Shown here: positions 21,001-22,832 of the stretch, in pieces
Position numbering within the stretch: position 1 is the first letter of the stretch
How the letters are laid out: every line of letters begins with the position of its first letter
Assembly: GCA_964528765.1 (NCBI GenBank)
Contig: CAZGVA010000001.1
Span: 1-44,548 of the forward strand
DNA length: 44,548 bases
Source: Candidatus Woesearchaeota archaeon
GTDB lineage: Archaea; Nanobdellota; Nanobdellia; UBA10117; JABICX01
Direction of reading: 5' to 3'
Position numbers and translations under genes: made by a program
Notes under the pieces: generated by a model
Told to the model about the DNA's origin: nothing
Database searches by the model: none
What the model saw: only the letters and a program-made list of their open reading frames with translations

Positions 21001-21162
21001 TGTTGCTATTATTGAGATTGAACCCTCCCAATCAGATTCAATGCCTAAAAGGCTATACCCAGTTAGAGGAGTTGTATTTTCATTAAGAATTGATACTAAA
21101 GATAACAGTGCTAATAACGCTATAACAAGTACAAAAATGGTACTATCTTTCTTAAATTCCAT
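1..21162 (-). CDS. giant secreted/cell-surface (adhesin-like) protein, N-terminal 7,054 codons; 3' end lies beyond window position 1
   Basis: Not in the supplied ORF track because there is no stop inside the window. ATG at 21160-21162 (alternative in-frame ATG at 21184-21186) gives MEFKKDSTIFVLVIALLALLSLVSILNENTTPLTG..., a KK plus hydrophobic signal anchor. Hand translation in the frame whose codons end at coordinates divisible by 3 is open and protein-like wherever I checked: 21162-20290, 18804-18421, 18048-17947, 15702/15097, 13830/13213, 10728/10174, 4944-4801, 3567-2971 and 60-1. Any in-frame stop would have produced a listed Met-to-stop ORF, and none exists. Only 61-131 aa antisense or out-of-frame scraps are listed across 21 kb. 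Many N-x-S/T sequons. Confidence 0.85.
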   Translation of the reverse strand, partial: MEFKKDSTIFVLVIALLALLSLVSILNENTTPLTGYSLLGIESDWEGSISIIATPSDEIITQIITFDEYKPQVCMDGIAVYTSDGTDISFAIQNEVYENELCIEAEIVFDNLIYESPTSSEESVEQSETPEEQPETNDTESEEQPEQEETPEVEFEIPEKTEEQSEKEETQEDPELVEEVEETPEKDIEESTQDPVSETEFGISDAVTGAVSSMPAEEESITYFVVYGAIPQDTETPEVVNETEETPEEEFTIPELNNTPEINDTPEIEQIISETPEGVRTVQFDAIINQPVQWSTLVQPESDTTQLLIEVPEDATQIKIKKINSHGFEEIIPDENIEGISIYDISDENILANPEAETESFDIPASEQVYGITGASVSETNNLGLIKFVNWIKQTFSGAITGYVAFEDGPNKTIIVNDNITSDDELLIEYETPAPTTTEEATDLGKRVIVSSDLHYENILTYTTLEQQVPESAIQLYWIQENTTEVEQINETTNETYFEVITTTTKVDVTLDENIDLWMIDADEDGLIDKLEWITPHTSDQVFEIEIIVLNPYTYLRDGETWIVAFNTSGTADLKISSPNANWTEILTDLDETVDEMRFLDLTCGEANLNDSINLADSLLIVDAQNNSYRYIELAQNQSIKPDYWLIENYTCSETAYLSNLMHIAGYATIRFDFYNKNDSVSDFAYDPEWSYQEDPDISYSCTGSPVDAANFYDGDWDTFGTSSNGQIAVCDFNYTKPAGATNESVIQVRMDTASGPTTTNESLPDSCWDYNEDELHFQIQIENNVCLTGDTLVHTTFGDVKIKDIKVNDTIFAFNVDTGKIQKDRVTHVFEYSPQEYYLLKANNYSVKPTRSHSFLTETDIVLENEKLVTPHRLYTKEEQTQGLTDRESWVDEGVLFMIQDIGNVIIQTKTLKHSLDIIWIDIEGVVLAVEHNALPGKIYDKNLNSTRYVLEIKSGFAKENNINVGDMLDFKKDFVYASELSVGDTIFIFDENTFVKSDNLFVKLIQWVKVFIGVDAESYDLTREIITEKYLVEEKEVVYNLEVEKNHNFLANRFLVHNQIGGGSSVTLRCMNEASYSPLRTVTSYKEFYEEAMYWSIDNSVECGTEITTSTELSEDIMDCTNDYIINITASDVVFDCAGHTIQGNENTGFWVTGDNVTVKNCNLSINGTGKSYGIYYWGASNGLIENNTVTVDLNRGIMLHNNADSNIVANNTVSVGNDEGIYLYYRSNLNEVYNNTISADSMSLRIYNDGDYNNIYYNTITATTSKALQVTDAKGCNVYNNEITAATEAIYLSFTQTYDNIFLNNNITASSSYIIKDDTTSDYLNNIIYNNSYGEVNWKNIEDLDVTEAGTLGLGNGIDITLNSIDVDSASFQGLNQPANLTFYDVSGISLPITLRNDEACGDYCGEISDLGGDDYEFNVSEFTNYSLDDLDQCNPVQSFELVDNVSCTDLNISEGIVVNTSVFSYEVTGDAEINGTLNASLGGDQIFGSLVIQSTGIYLASSENTTISGGGAIVFDNNGEFVHNNGNVVFNGTANPVDISPNGAIFENLTIETGTNTRFRENFTVLNLLHLDSGVPQMYDGTGIILGNDSQQGILNNTVGGTGFILASSNDNATIEGASQLYPGIIDSENGVWTWDYRVGSNWKFKWVDFQSDITIDSGSANLATITLEGDCEFDAVTVSNDETFDINGQRVRFGGIFNQGSGTTNFGTDALVLFDGYINLDGACPADTPPTFILSGAGSTTDVEDGQLAGQTVFVQDGTYTLSTNSISTNRNVIIGSGILDTHATNNQGLKTNNLTIATGGTLQARSSNISVTDNFQSSGGLIGKSALDLTKTNEYVDAGNDASLNMNEITVETWLKPTSYSHQVVNYPISKYESTNTWALGISGTYTGDGIGYPGQVYLYDGTPGDLAVSTTALDIDKWHHVAFTNNGTTTKIYIDGKYEGFKEQDISTDTTNPLTIGRRSDGSFYFNGSIARVSIYDAELSVSEIRANMFAKCADMSQTNLVSCWQFDEGTGTDVTDSIGSNDGTASADTVWASAGTLIADDAIFNFTGTYNQTAMFGGVMLNRTEITNTGTGTGLILLDSMSASGDVFIDDGILYGNTSDHTFENLTINAGGEYSATSGTTNIHTDFEISGIFTHNDGTVSSKRLTAGDGNAYWGLNSASDWTGSNSFYNVVSDATAAQRNLNMRADMTIINELSGLGGTDLFYITSDNRILTMGNASQSGTITLDYLYGNSGQAVTTIRGANQRYPVIISSEVAHPRALMSGVYSPQTINLKWVDVQQDITTESTAKTINLTGDCEFDAFTLSSGDSLNLSNHRAEFDGYYDTAGTTDFGTDALVIFNAGADLDGSCPADTPPTIILSGAGGNVDIEDGQIAGQTLFIQNGTHKINSAGATARKRTIIGSGTWNTSDSSTQFYSGNLTIANTGIFEANSANITISENWQSSGGLIGKSAFDDNQGALVEIDAVVADMTLSDGFTVESWFNLDAYDTAHQEIVSLGASDDSEWGNIQVAKSDGSTPNMLKVSTDGKTGGSSGIVPIVGVWHHTAMVWDGTLFRLYLDGKIIQEITPSSSINWGNINRAAIGASRTNVNDQFFDGKIARVSFWDSILTESEIRDLMFDKYSELSSTTELKGWYQFDEGTGTDVADSHSTSNDGTMSSELWVTGGTFNGDESTLNFTSAINQTAIFGGAIINNTEITNTGTGTGLVLLDSMSASGDVFIDDGIVYGNTSDHSFGSLTIKSGGTYDATSGTTTISDECTTAEPIGCVVGYAIDCDGDFNANSGKFMVQSPATNIDFECNSGNPYNLEVDMDSATYDFDLQAPLTVSNNLIIDDGDLDTNNNPIIVTGLLQVQDNGEFDAQGDTVDHVFGAIDSASGSIFSPNDANINITSEYSNYAVDLDGGFGSNTATFIIKTDESTLIDLTPSSSFYPWNVIINLTDPLYTATIFDENTYIPGNLTISSGKLDCYGFDLTVIGDAVVDGTLDGTTADISFGSLTINSSGVYNATTGTTNITGNLVNYGIFNASSGGIIMHDGMYNAGTFDGTPESMNVTGEWGSYAINDDGTYYGNGGTVIISAQDSTIEADLATAGTGYNNLNISIGDGNYFRIVNGAGLDGDLHLLSGDVGSSTGGKLLSVAGNVVIYDGAMYGGGSGVQDYVSISFGSLTINSGGVYNATNGTTIITNSGIAFDNDGTFTHNNGTVLFDGATATAKIYANDAIFYDVIMQPISSGSYWIYEGVTIENALTLNDGLVNRVNENTLTLKAGAEVNGTSEFWTGENEFRIYGESQIEPGIISTTGGLTTTVGTIAFKWIDYQTALETGGDTTLVRLDGDCEFDGFTVTSGDTLELNGQRAEFGGTLNSDGTFDAQNALVFVNNTIDLDATSHLANASLILISAGNPSLDINSAGTGEFDNVLLNGGGANIYTLTSTLDDVHNLIIGVRRLHTGSDQSIYVSNLTIATDGMITAGESTISVSENWQSSGGLIGKSALDLDGPYVNMGTPDTLLLGDDITIDAWVKTLDTTGDIVWKSNYGYGLHIVDSTAMGKIISGTSSNVTGTTNVSDGKWHHIVWVFEENNDQQIYVDGKLDGNETALAGNNGAAVDFRIGLNLISQIGRVSIYNTTLVESEIRANMFEPCTSMSNPSELVSCWQFDEGTGTDVADAIGSNDGTATADTVWAGAGTFTSETSTVNMTGDGTIYFAVDNTLQFYNLSAAQPGKTTTLDVIGTTWGRINLTGTLQTDTGSLVDSINEGFNFFEEAPIDGGSTFGNIYYGDYYNGVNITGSTYQLLRVQNDTSYASGDIITETLSLGSSDTFYSNTYDLTVTSEISGTGVFNLGPESMLNFTHIRGFSDTSGFTGEVNIVGNESDYAHVTGTGVSWMINSSAMAENFTYANVSYGNNTGEDIITVMGGIDYGNNVPEGMWSFEEFSLCNTEITESTDLEEDIMDCTVDYIINITTADVVFDCAGYTIQGNESYGIYVNASGVTVQNCNVSLNGTGKDYGILYDTADNGSIYNNTVYVDHHWAIKLATSNNNDIINNTATGERVMLLYPDSIDNTISNNVFTSTDEYALYFYDGCNNNTVTDNQLDVTNEYGIRLRTSSDNNVSNNNITAVGGSAVYIELSSENNILQNNIINVTGSTMDYGIYMTASDHNTIDNNLIEVEDYYGVYLTGSTYNNITNNYIVVLNREGISLASSSTNNRIISNNVTAAEYNSIRLSSSSSNIVTDNIAVAISGSYGLQISGDDNIITNNNITANNKAITINGAHNNLLQNNIITADSYSGISLVSPAGSNILLNNNITAATPNVILDDSGISYNNTLIYNNSQGQIVWNSTNLNVTESGTLGIDNGITITSNMIDVDSTSFQGLNQSANLTFYDVSGIIHPMPLRNYADCGDYCSEITNVGGGTYYFNVSEFTNYSVGDTCSQEITASKTLQANIMDCTNDYIINITASDVVFDCDGHTIQGTGDRAIMLTAGNITVRNCNISLTGSDSDYGIYVWTTSSVIYNNTIYVKDDQAIVALGGMNNLNISYNNITVDGQYAIDLDHVWGYGPDNSNIHNNDITAATGAVAIRTGDSENNSVWDNNITVSGSRAVYLTGTTSRSVFTNNYIKAGDDEAVYISSSDYNNFTSNIINTTGDDFGIYMTDSDSNIIDDNVIEVKDRYGIYLTSSDYNIMNNNLVNVVSHYGIYVTSNSNDNNITNNNLSASGEVTQFNSGPNNLLKDNDLYATGSYTVVLSSDSNIVDNNKISTPGAQAMQVNTADLNIISNNNLSGLSVVLTFVGDSSENILLNNNISASSAYTIDDASGVGVSNLLIYNNSQGQVIWNSTNLTVLESGIVGLDNGITISENMIDVDSTSFQGLNQSANLTFYGLEAGQTPTTLRNEVDCGAYCSAVTETGSGNYYFNVSEFTNYSLQFNLAPVIISANITPVDPFDRSRLMGYCNATDGDAEDVTYYYQLYMNDTLNLTGEVGTFTQGIEKNIYNISSADTHPGSNWTLSCLATDGIDNSSWINSSTRTISACGMGINESGTYTLAYNITGCTDDYIVRITAANVVFDCDGYTIQGTGDYGIDVLAENVEIKNCNINLTGSDSDFGIQVYGSAYDNTLINTTNITLSGSTSEYGIYVRGTPYNTQIQNCIITLDGSGGSIGIWTYGADDLVADSNTIYTKDDRSVYARNCNRCNWTNNDFHSDGSYAFQLYASDTLNNWVYNNNITGASWAILLMNTDRSILENNRVYSEASNDHAIVFDDADHHILRNNNFTNQFDYSVYLTDSSHNNIIVNNNITATANIILDDTGGSYLNSLIYNNSLGQVVWNSTDLSVTESGTLGLDNGITISENLIDVDSDSFQGLNQSANLTLYGISGYKVPVAFRNNITCTSEYCSDAYNDTAETFYFNVSQFTNYSLGEGNVAPTISGVDVTPDSPTTDNDLTCTVAGWSDAESDPENYIFQWYKDDVLNLTIEQSADSHILARDNLTNADNWNCTVTPFDGLVNGSDASDTVVIAQGCVFDTAPIVTLTANLVCTELIVDEGITLDTDEYNITASGEASINGTLNASLGGNQSFNSILINESGTYSATSATTTLSGDFDNDGTFIHNDGTVDFASDTVAMNILGSSESEFYNITVSGTDKLDLHVPIIVRSSLANPANDVIRLYSTLTLGNSSSQGTLTGGWQTTVNSRLQGASQLYPGIVSDEPYYHFTTSTILKWLDFQDDVTSTSGNSVTITLDGDCEFDAFTVSADDTLDLNGQRAEFDGTLNIDGAIDSTDSIIFADLVDYDGTGWTGESTTKIIMTGSGNNDLNTPTKEVIFFNGGTFTSSRSFTSNLANTLIIGSGVYDLEGRSQDIDNIIIATGAELDGGTAIIEVEENWQSSGGLIGKSALDLDGTKNVNCSEDNSLEITTAGTFDVWFKTTASTMDTTYGLISRATGTATGYRMYMSNGNVRITIDNGPSTSAMSPEDVNDGKWHNAVGTYDGANLLLYIDGKIVASSEVSGSIASTNDFTIGSLFTAGDFTSYWDGEIGRVSIYDAALSEADIRANMFETCVDLSQTNLVSCWQFDEGTGTDVADSIGSNTGNASASTIWASSGAFTKGTSIVNMTGDGNFTYLGNLDMYSLETAASGKTTTLDPFVISGDTAEQITLDGNLTVGSGTFNRDASTVFRLNNPGTFNDGGATLADQYIFYWQSLEPIPASTYPYLIVSTKTRFSGDATVNGYLSIGSGDEVNTSDNNIQVSYITVTGTLNVDPGAVFNFTSTLATGFGTSTGAVNVEGNLTDYATISGSNYWKINASAITETFNYANVSYGNNTGTDIIYVYDGVDYGNNVPDGMWIFSGGPTPGNCTFAVNTTLTANLTCYNVTVNEDVTVSTDVYSINGTADAEISGILNASLGGNQEFGSVRIYSTGTYEATNQTTIISNEASSGYAFIHDGILNANDGLINITTINPTKIDPNGNTGNIYDLEIATGGVIENSWGSAGAAYTIDNNLIISSGTYEINIHALTVTGDVIVTGTLDVITANIGNYSQSFGSLTINSGGEYDATSGNTTITNTTVSNDLECTSGTVTHNNGTFVFASDTGMRIRACADPLYNVIVDMSGATLQMPYFGNSNPEGMRIEGNLTVVEGLVVPTQRNLNVSGDVVIEDGGEIRKDTTDTYNESYYFGSLTINSGGVYNATYETTTITSKESVDNLAWNNEGTFYNNSGTVVFDHLEDWVAIDGNLDEENSFNNVIIESNTVWRDNITANDMNITSGYFKSSSTHEDEVVNINGDLIVNGGTFGDGDETGSHYLGSLTILSGTYIATNGTTTISGNFNNSGTFTHNDGTATSKRFVDDNVAVNWGSSSSSNWDGNNSFYNVEVDATEGQRNLEMKTNMTIINELSGVGSVDLFYITENNLILTMGNTSQSGIISVDYLYGHNGQTITTLQGASASYLANVSDEVGAPNLLSATSYSPSNLILKWVDVQKDIVTNYKTYNKTITIEEEVWFNGFTFRLGDTLNITDSSTLYVDSLTINGTLDSGTGNITNNTNTQWLANFDNSEAYSWDSTTISNGNNTGSIAINAQT
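2971..3567 (-). other. LamG-like lectin domain 4
   Basis: ENWQSSGGLIGKSALDLDGTKNVN...KWHNAVGTYDGANLLLYIDGK...IGRVSIYDAALSEADIRANMF...LVSCWQFDEGTGTDV. Frame verified at 2971-3015 and 3520-3540. Confidence 0.75.
4651..4929 (-). other. ~93-aa Ig-like beta-sandwich domain after beta-helix module 4
   Basis: Verified translation: APTISGVDVTPDSPTTDNDLTCTVAGWSDAESDPENYIFQWYKDDVLNLT...NWNCTVTPFDGLVNGSDASDTVVI. Confidence 0.45.
4945..6096 (-). repeat. beta-helix module 4 (NosD/PbH1-like)
   Basis: CGMGINESGTYTLAYNITGCTDDYIVRITAANVVFDCDGYTIQGTGDYGIDVLAENVEIKNCNINLTGSDSDFGIQV..., ending IDVDSDSFQGLNQSANLTLYGISG..FNVSQFTNYSL. Confidence 0.7.
6097..6402 (-). other. ~100-aa Ig-like beta-sandwich insert between beta-helix modules 3 and 4
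   Basis: APVIISANITPVDPFDRSRLMGYCNATDGDAEDVTYYYQLYMNDTLNLTGE...NWTLSCLATDGIDNSSW. Paralogous to 4651..4929. Confidence 0.45.
6415..7887 (-). repeat. beta-helix module 3 (NosD/PbH1-like)
   Basis: CSQEITASKTLQANIMDCTNDYIINITASDVVFDCDGHTIQGTGDRAIMLTAGNITVRNCNISLTGSDSDYGIYV..., ending IDVDSTSFQGLNQSANLTFYGLEAG..FNVSEFTNYSL. Confidence 0.7.
7897..9363 (-). repeat. beta-helix module 2 (NosD/PbH1-like)
   Basis: CNTEITESTDLEEDIMDCTVDYIINITTADVVFDCAGYTIQGNESYGIYVNASGVTVQNCNVSLNGTG..., many (S/T)xNNxIxNN coils, ending IDVDSTSFQGLNQSANLTFYDVSG..FNVSEFTNYSV. DNA is roughly 75-90 percent identical by eye to modules 1, 3 and 4 at both ends. Confidence 0.7.
10174..10728 (-). other. LamG-like lectin domain 3
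   Basis: ENWQSSGGLIGKSALDLDGPYVNMG...KWHHIVWVFEENNDQQIYVDGK...IGRVSIYNTTLVESEIRANMF...LVSCWQFDEGTGTDV. Confidence 0.7.
13213..13830 (-). other. LamG-like lectin domain 2
   Basis: ENWQSSGGLIGKSAFDD...VWHHTAMVWDGTLFRLYLDGK...IARVSFWDSILTESEIRDLMF...KGWYQFDEGTGTDV. Confidence 0.7.
15097..15702 (-). other. LamG / concanavalin-A-like lectin domain 1 (Laminin_G_3-like) of the giant protein
   Basis: FQSSGGLIGKSALDL...KWHHVAFTNNGTTTKIYIDGK...IARVSIYDAELSVSEIRANMF...LVSCWQFDEGTGTDV. Confidence 0.7.
16870..17850 (-). repeat. right-handed parallel beta-helix module 1 (NosD/PbH1-like) of the giant protein
   Basis: Starts CGTEITTSTELSEDIMDCTNDYIINITASDVVFDCAGHTIQGNENTGFWVTGDNVTVKNCNLSINGTG.., continues as ~22-aa NN-I/T coils, and ends ..IDVDSASFQGLNQPANLTFYDVSG...CGDYC...FNVSEFTNYSL. 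Confidence 0.7.
17983..18804 (-). other. Hint (intein-like / bacterial-intein-like type) autoprocessing domain, 274 codons, inside the giant ORF (aa 787-1060)
   Basis: Verified codon by codon. ...IENNV|CLTGDTLVHTTFGDVKIKDIKVNDTIFAFNVDTGKIQKDRVTHVFEYSPQEYYLLKANNYSVKPTRSHSFLTE..., with the Cys1 codon at 18802-18804 and a block-B-like T-x-x-H (TRSH) about 65 residues in. ...EKEVVYNLEVEKNHNFLANRFLVHN, with the terminal Asn codon at 17983-17985, followed by QIGGGSSVTLRC. The +1 residue is Gln, not Cys/Ser/Thr. No LAGLIDADG/HNH-like motif seen in the ~170-aa middle part. Confidence 0.8.
20329..20820 (-). repeat. acidic Glu/Thr/Pro-rich low-complexity linker of the giant protein (about aa 115-278)
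   Basis: Translation: ESPTSSEESVEQSETPEEQPETNDTESEEQPEQEETPEVEFEIPEKTEEQSEKEETQEDPELVEEVEETPEKDIEE...TETPEVVNETEETPEEEFTIPELNNTPEINDTPEIEQIISETPEG. ETPE-type units are reiterated. The plus-strand Ser/Leu-rich ORFs 20498..20824 and 20589..20984 are its antisense shadows. Confidence 0.8.
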
Positions 21163-21415
21163 TCTTAGATAAAACCTCCATACCATAGCGAGTAATTTCA
21201 AAAATTCGAACTTGCGGTGTATTGATCACTTCGCGAATATAACCTCGTCCAATGAGATTGATAAGATGATTACGTGTAGTGCGCCAGTTTACATCAGCAT
21301 TTATGGCTAATTCATTGATATTTTTCTGACCGTTTGAAAGAGAAAGAAGTATCTTGCGTCGTAATTCTACGAAGGTTCGTTTACCGTTTTGTTTAGATTT
21401 TGTTTTCCTGACCAT
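21152..21415 (-). CDS. small winged-helix (wHTH) DNA-binding protein, 87 aa
   Basis: Basic N-terminus, then FVELRRKILLSLSNGQKNINELAINADVNWRTTRNHLINLIGRGYIREV..RIFEITRYG, a helix-turn-helix plus wing pattern of ArsR/MarR-like archaeal regulators. Its last 11 nt overlap the start of the giant ORF (ATGGAATTTAA). Confidence 0.65.
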   Translation of the reverse strand: MVRKTKSKQNGKRTFVELRRKILLSLSNGQKNINELAINADVNWRTTRNHLINLIGRGYIREVINTPQVRIFEITRYGMEVLSKNGI

Positions 21416-21544
21416 CGTAGATACTTCTAGCTAGATTAACGTTACTGCATTGCTAAAGAAACAATAATGTATATTGTATATTATATATAAGCGTTTTGTT
21501 TTTAGGTATAGGTTATGTCTATTATAGTCATAACGTCTATGCAT

Positions 21545-21585
21545 AATAGTACTATGCTAGTATCATAACAGAGTTAATAGTACTA
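21545..21585. promoter_or_regulatory. pair of palindromic AATAGTACTA boxes, candidate operator upstream of the wHTH/giant-gene operon
   Basis: AATAGTACTA occurs at 21545-21554 and 21576-21585. The core TAGTACTA is a perfect palindrome, and the first copy extends to ATAGTACTAT. Spacing is 31 bp centre to centre, and the boxes lie 130-170 bp upstream of ATG 21415. Confidence 0.25.
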
Positions 21586-21788
21586 AGGTATGACTGCCGT
21601 AGATAGACCTTAACACTATAAATTTCGTACATTATTGTCTATATAGAAAATTAACAATCCAAAAAATAAGCATACCTCGTAAAAAATACAAAAATAACTA
21701 CCGTTGTATATTATTTAAAATTTAAAGCAATTACTCCTCGATAGAAGTATCTATATCAAATTCAAATTAATAAAAAATCAAAACTAAA

Positions 21789-22061
21789 TTATTTTAGTTT
21801 CTTAATTTCTGTTTCAAAACTTTTCACATCTTTGGAAAGTGAAGTCAATGCATCATTCCAAGATTTCTTAGCATCCTTGCCTTTTGTCTTTAAGGTAAAT
21901 AATAAGTCACCAGCTTCTGGATGTATAACTTTAAAACCAGCTATTTCGGTTGTCTTATCTTCCAATAATTTATCTTTAACTACATTCATAAAGCCTTGGT
22001 CAATATTCGTAAAAGATACTTTAAGTAAATCTTTCTTATTTTCAACAACTTTTAGTGCCAT
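21789..22061 (-). CDS. rpoL: DNA-directed RNA polymerase subunit L (Rpo11)-like protein, 90 aa
   Basis: The pattern LKVSFTNIDQGFMNVVKDKLLEDKTTEIAGFKVIHPEAGDLLFTLKTKGKDAKKSWNDAL aligns by eye with archaeal RpoL (ELKIEGEDHTLGNLL..L......A.Y..PHP......I.I.T.G..P.EAL). Size is right. Confidence 0.55.
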   Translation of the reverse strand: MALKVVENKKDLLKVSFTNIDQGFMNVVKDKLLEDKTTEIAGFKVIHPEAGDLLFTLKTKGKDAKKSWNDALTSLSKDVKSFETEIKKLK

Positions 22062-22103
22062 TCTTAATTTCTTAATTAAGGGTTTAAAAGGCTTACGCTA
22101 AGC

Positions 22104-22121
22104 AAATAAAAATAAAAAAAA
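22104..22121 (-). terminator. oligo-T tract (T8-A-T5-A-T3 on the coding strand), archaeal-type terminator
   Basis: Lies 7 nt downstream of the stop at 22129-22131. The TATA-like box of the rpoL-like gene follows. Confidence 0.45.
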
Positions 22122-22128
22122 GGTTCGC

Positions 22129-22518
22129 TTAAGCTTGACTATATGCTTCTGCGTACCAAGTATTTGTTGTTACTAAAACAATAAAGGCTGCGATTCCTGT
22201 GCCAACTAAAGGAATAAATCCTAAAACTCGCGTAAGAATCAAACTATATACTACGGCCAAAAGCCATATTCCAATATATGTACCACTTATTTTACCAAGT
22301 ATTTCCTTAATACTAAAACCTGCTGCGAAAGAATCTTTTTTTGCAAAATTTACTATAGCTAAAGGTGTTATGAATGATGCAATTAACAATAAAACAATTG
22401 CTACTGCAAGTAAACTTAAATTACCTTCAACAAGAGTCATAATTATTGCATATGGATCTTGTATAAGTCCAATTGTATCGATTGTTCCCATAAAAAACTT
22501 AAATAAAACATAAGCCAA
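22129..22518 (-). CDS. DUF4013-type multi-pass membrane protein, C-terminal fragment (frame continues upstream to the A8 run)
   Basis: The track ORF starts at a TTG. The same frame reads upstream as YALPEWKEWGDLLVKGILVAIISLIYALPGLLVLAYVLFKFF..., i.e. the LPEW..W motif expected right after the GY...R loop found in ORF 22575..22832. Confidence 0.6.
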   Translation of the reverse strand: MAYVLFKFFMGTIDTIGLIQDPYAIIMTLVEGNLSLLAVAIVLLLIASFITPLAIVNFAKKDSFAAGFSIKEILGKISGTYIGIWLLAVVYSLILTRVLGFIPLVGTGIAAFIVLVTTNTWYAEAYSQA

Positions 22519-22574
22519 AACAAGCAGTCCCGGTAATGCATAAATAAGACTAATTATTGCAACAAGTATTCCTT

Positions 22575-22832
22575 TTACAAGTAAATCTCCCCATTCCTTC
22601 CATTCTGGAAGTGCATATTTTTTTTCTTCCCTAATACGGTTTTAATACATCTTACACCATATCCCATTGTAAGTAAATTTACAATTGGAATCGAGGCCAA
22701 GATAATTCCTAAAATTAGTTTGCCAATATCGTTAAAGGGTCTTTTGAATCCTTCTCCAATATTTACCATTTTACTCGAAAAAGTATATACTTTAGAATTG
22801 ATAACAGTTTCGATAAAATTAGTCGTTATCAA
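22575..22832 (-). CDS. DUF4013-type membrane protein, N-terminal fragment (ends 14 codons after an A8 run)
   Basis: FKRPFNDIGKLILGIILASIPIVNLLTMGYGVRCIKTVLGKKK, then the out-of-family tail NMHFQNGRNGEIYL*. Confidence 0.6.
   Translation of the reverse strand: MITTNFIETVINSKVYTFSSKMVNIGEGFKRPFNDIGKLILGIILASIPIVNLLTMGYGVRCIKTVLGKKKNMHFQNGRNGEIYL
22618..22625 (-). other. A8 homopolymer (T8 on plus strand) at the frame break of the DUF4013 gene; slippery A_AAA_AAT context
   Basis: Zero-frame codons are ggg aag aaa aaa aat atg. The -1 frame continues tat gca ctt cca gaa tgg = YALPEW. Confidence 0.7.

Noticed and set aside
21416-21788. A possible tRNA or other structured RNA in the longest intergenic region, and in the other gaps (23491-23592, 27412-27502, 32391-32485, 44008-44110).
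   Set aside because: All gaps are very AT-rich, with no GC-rich stems or tRNA-like acceptor or T-arm patterns. They are adequately explained by TATA-like boxes and oligo-T tracts.
22618-22625. Asserting programmed ribosomal frameshifting in the DUF4013 gene.
   Set aside because: The slippery context is real, but an 8-nt homopolymer is also the most error-prone context for sequencing and assembly. I identified no downstream stimulatory structure. It is kept as an open alternative only.
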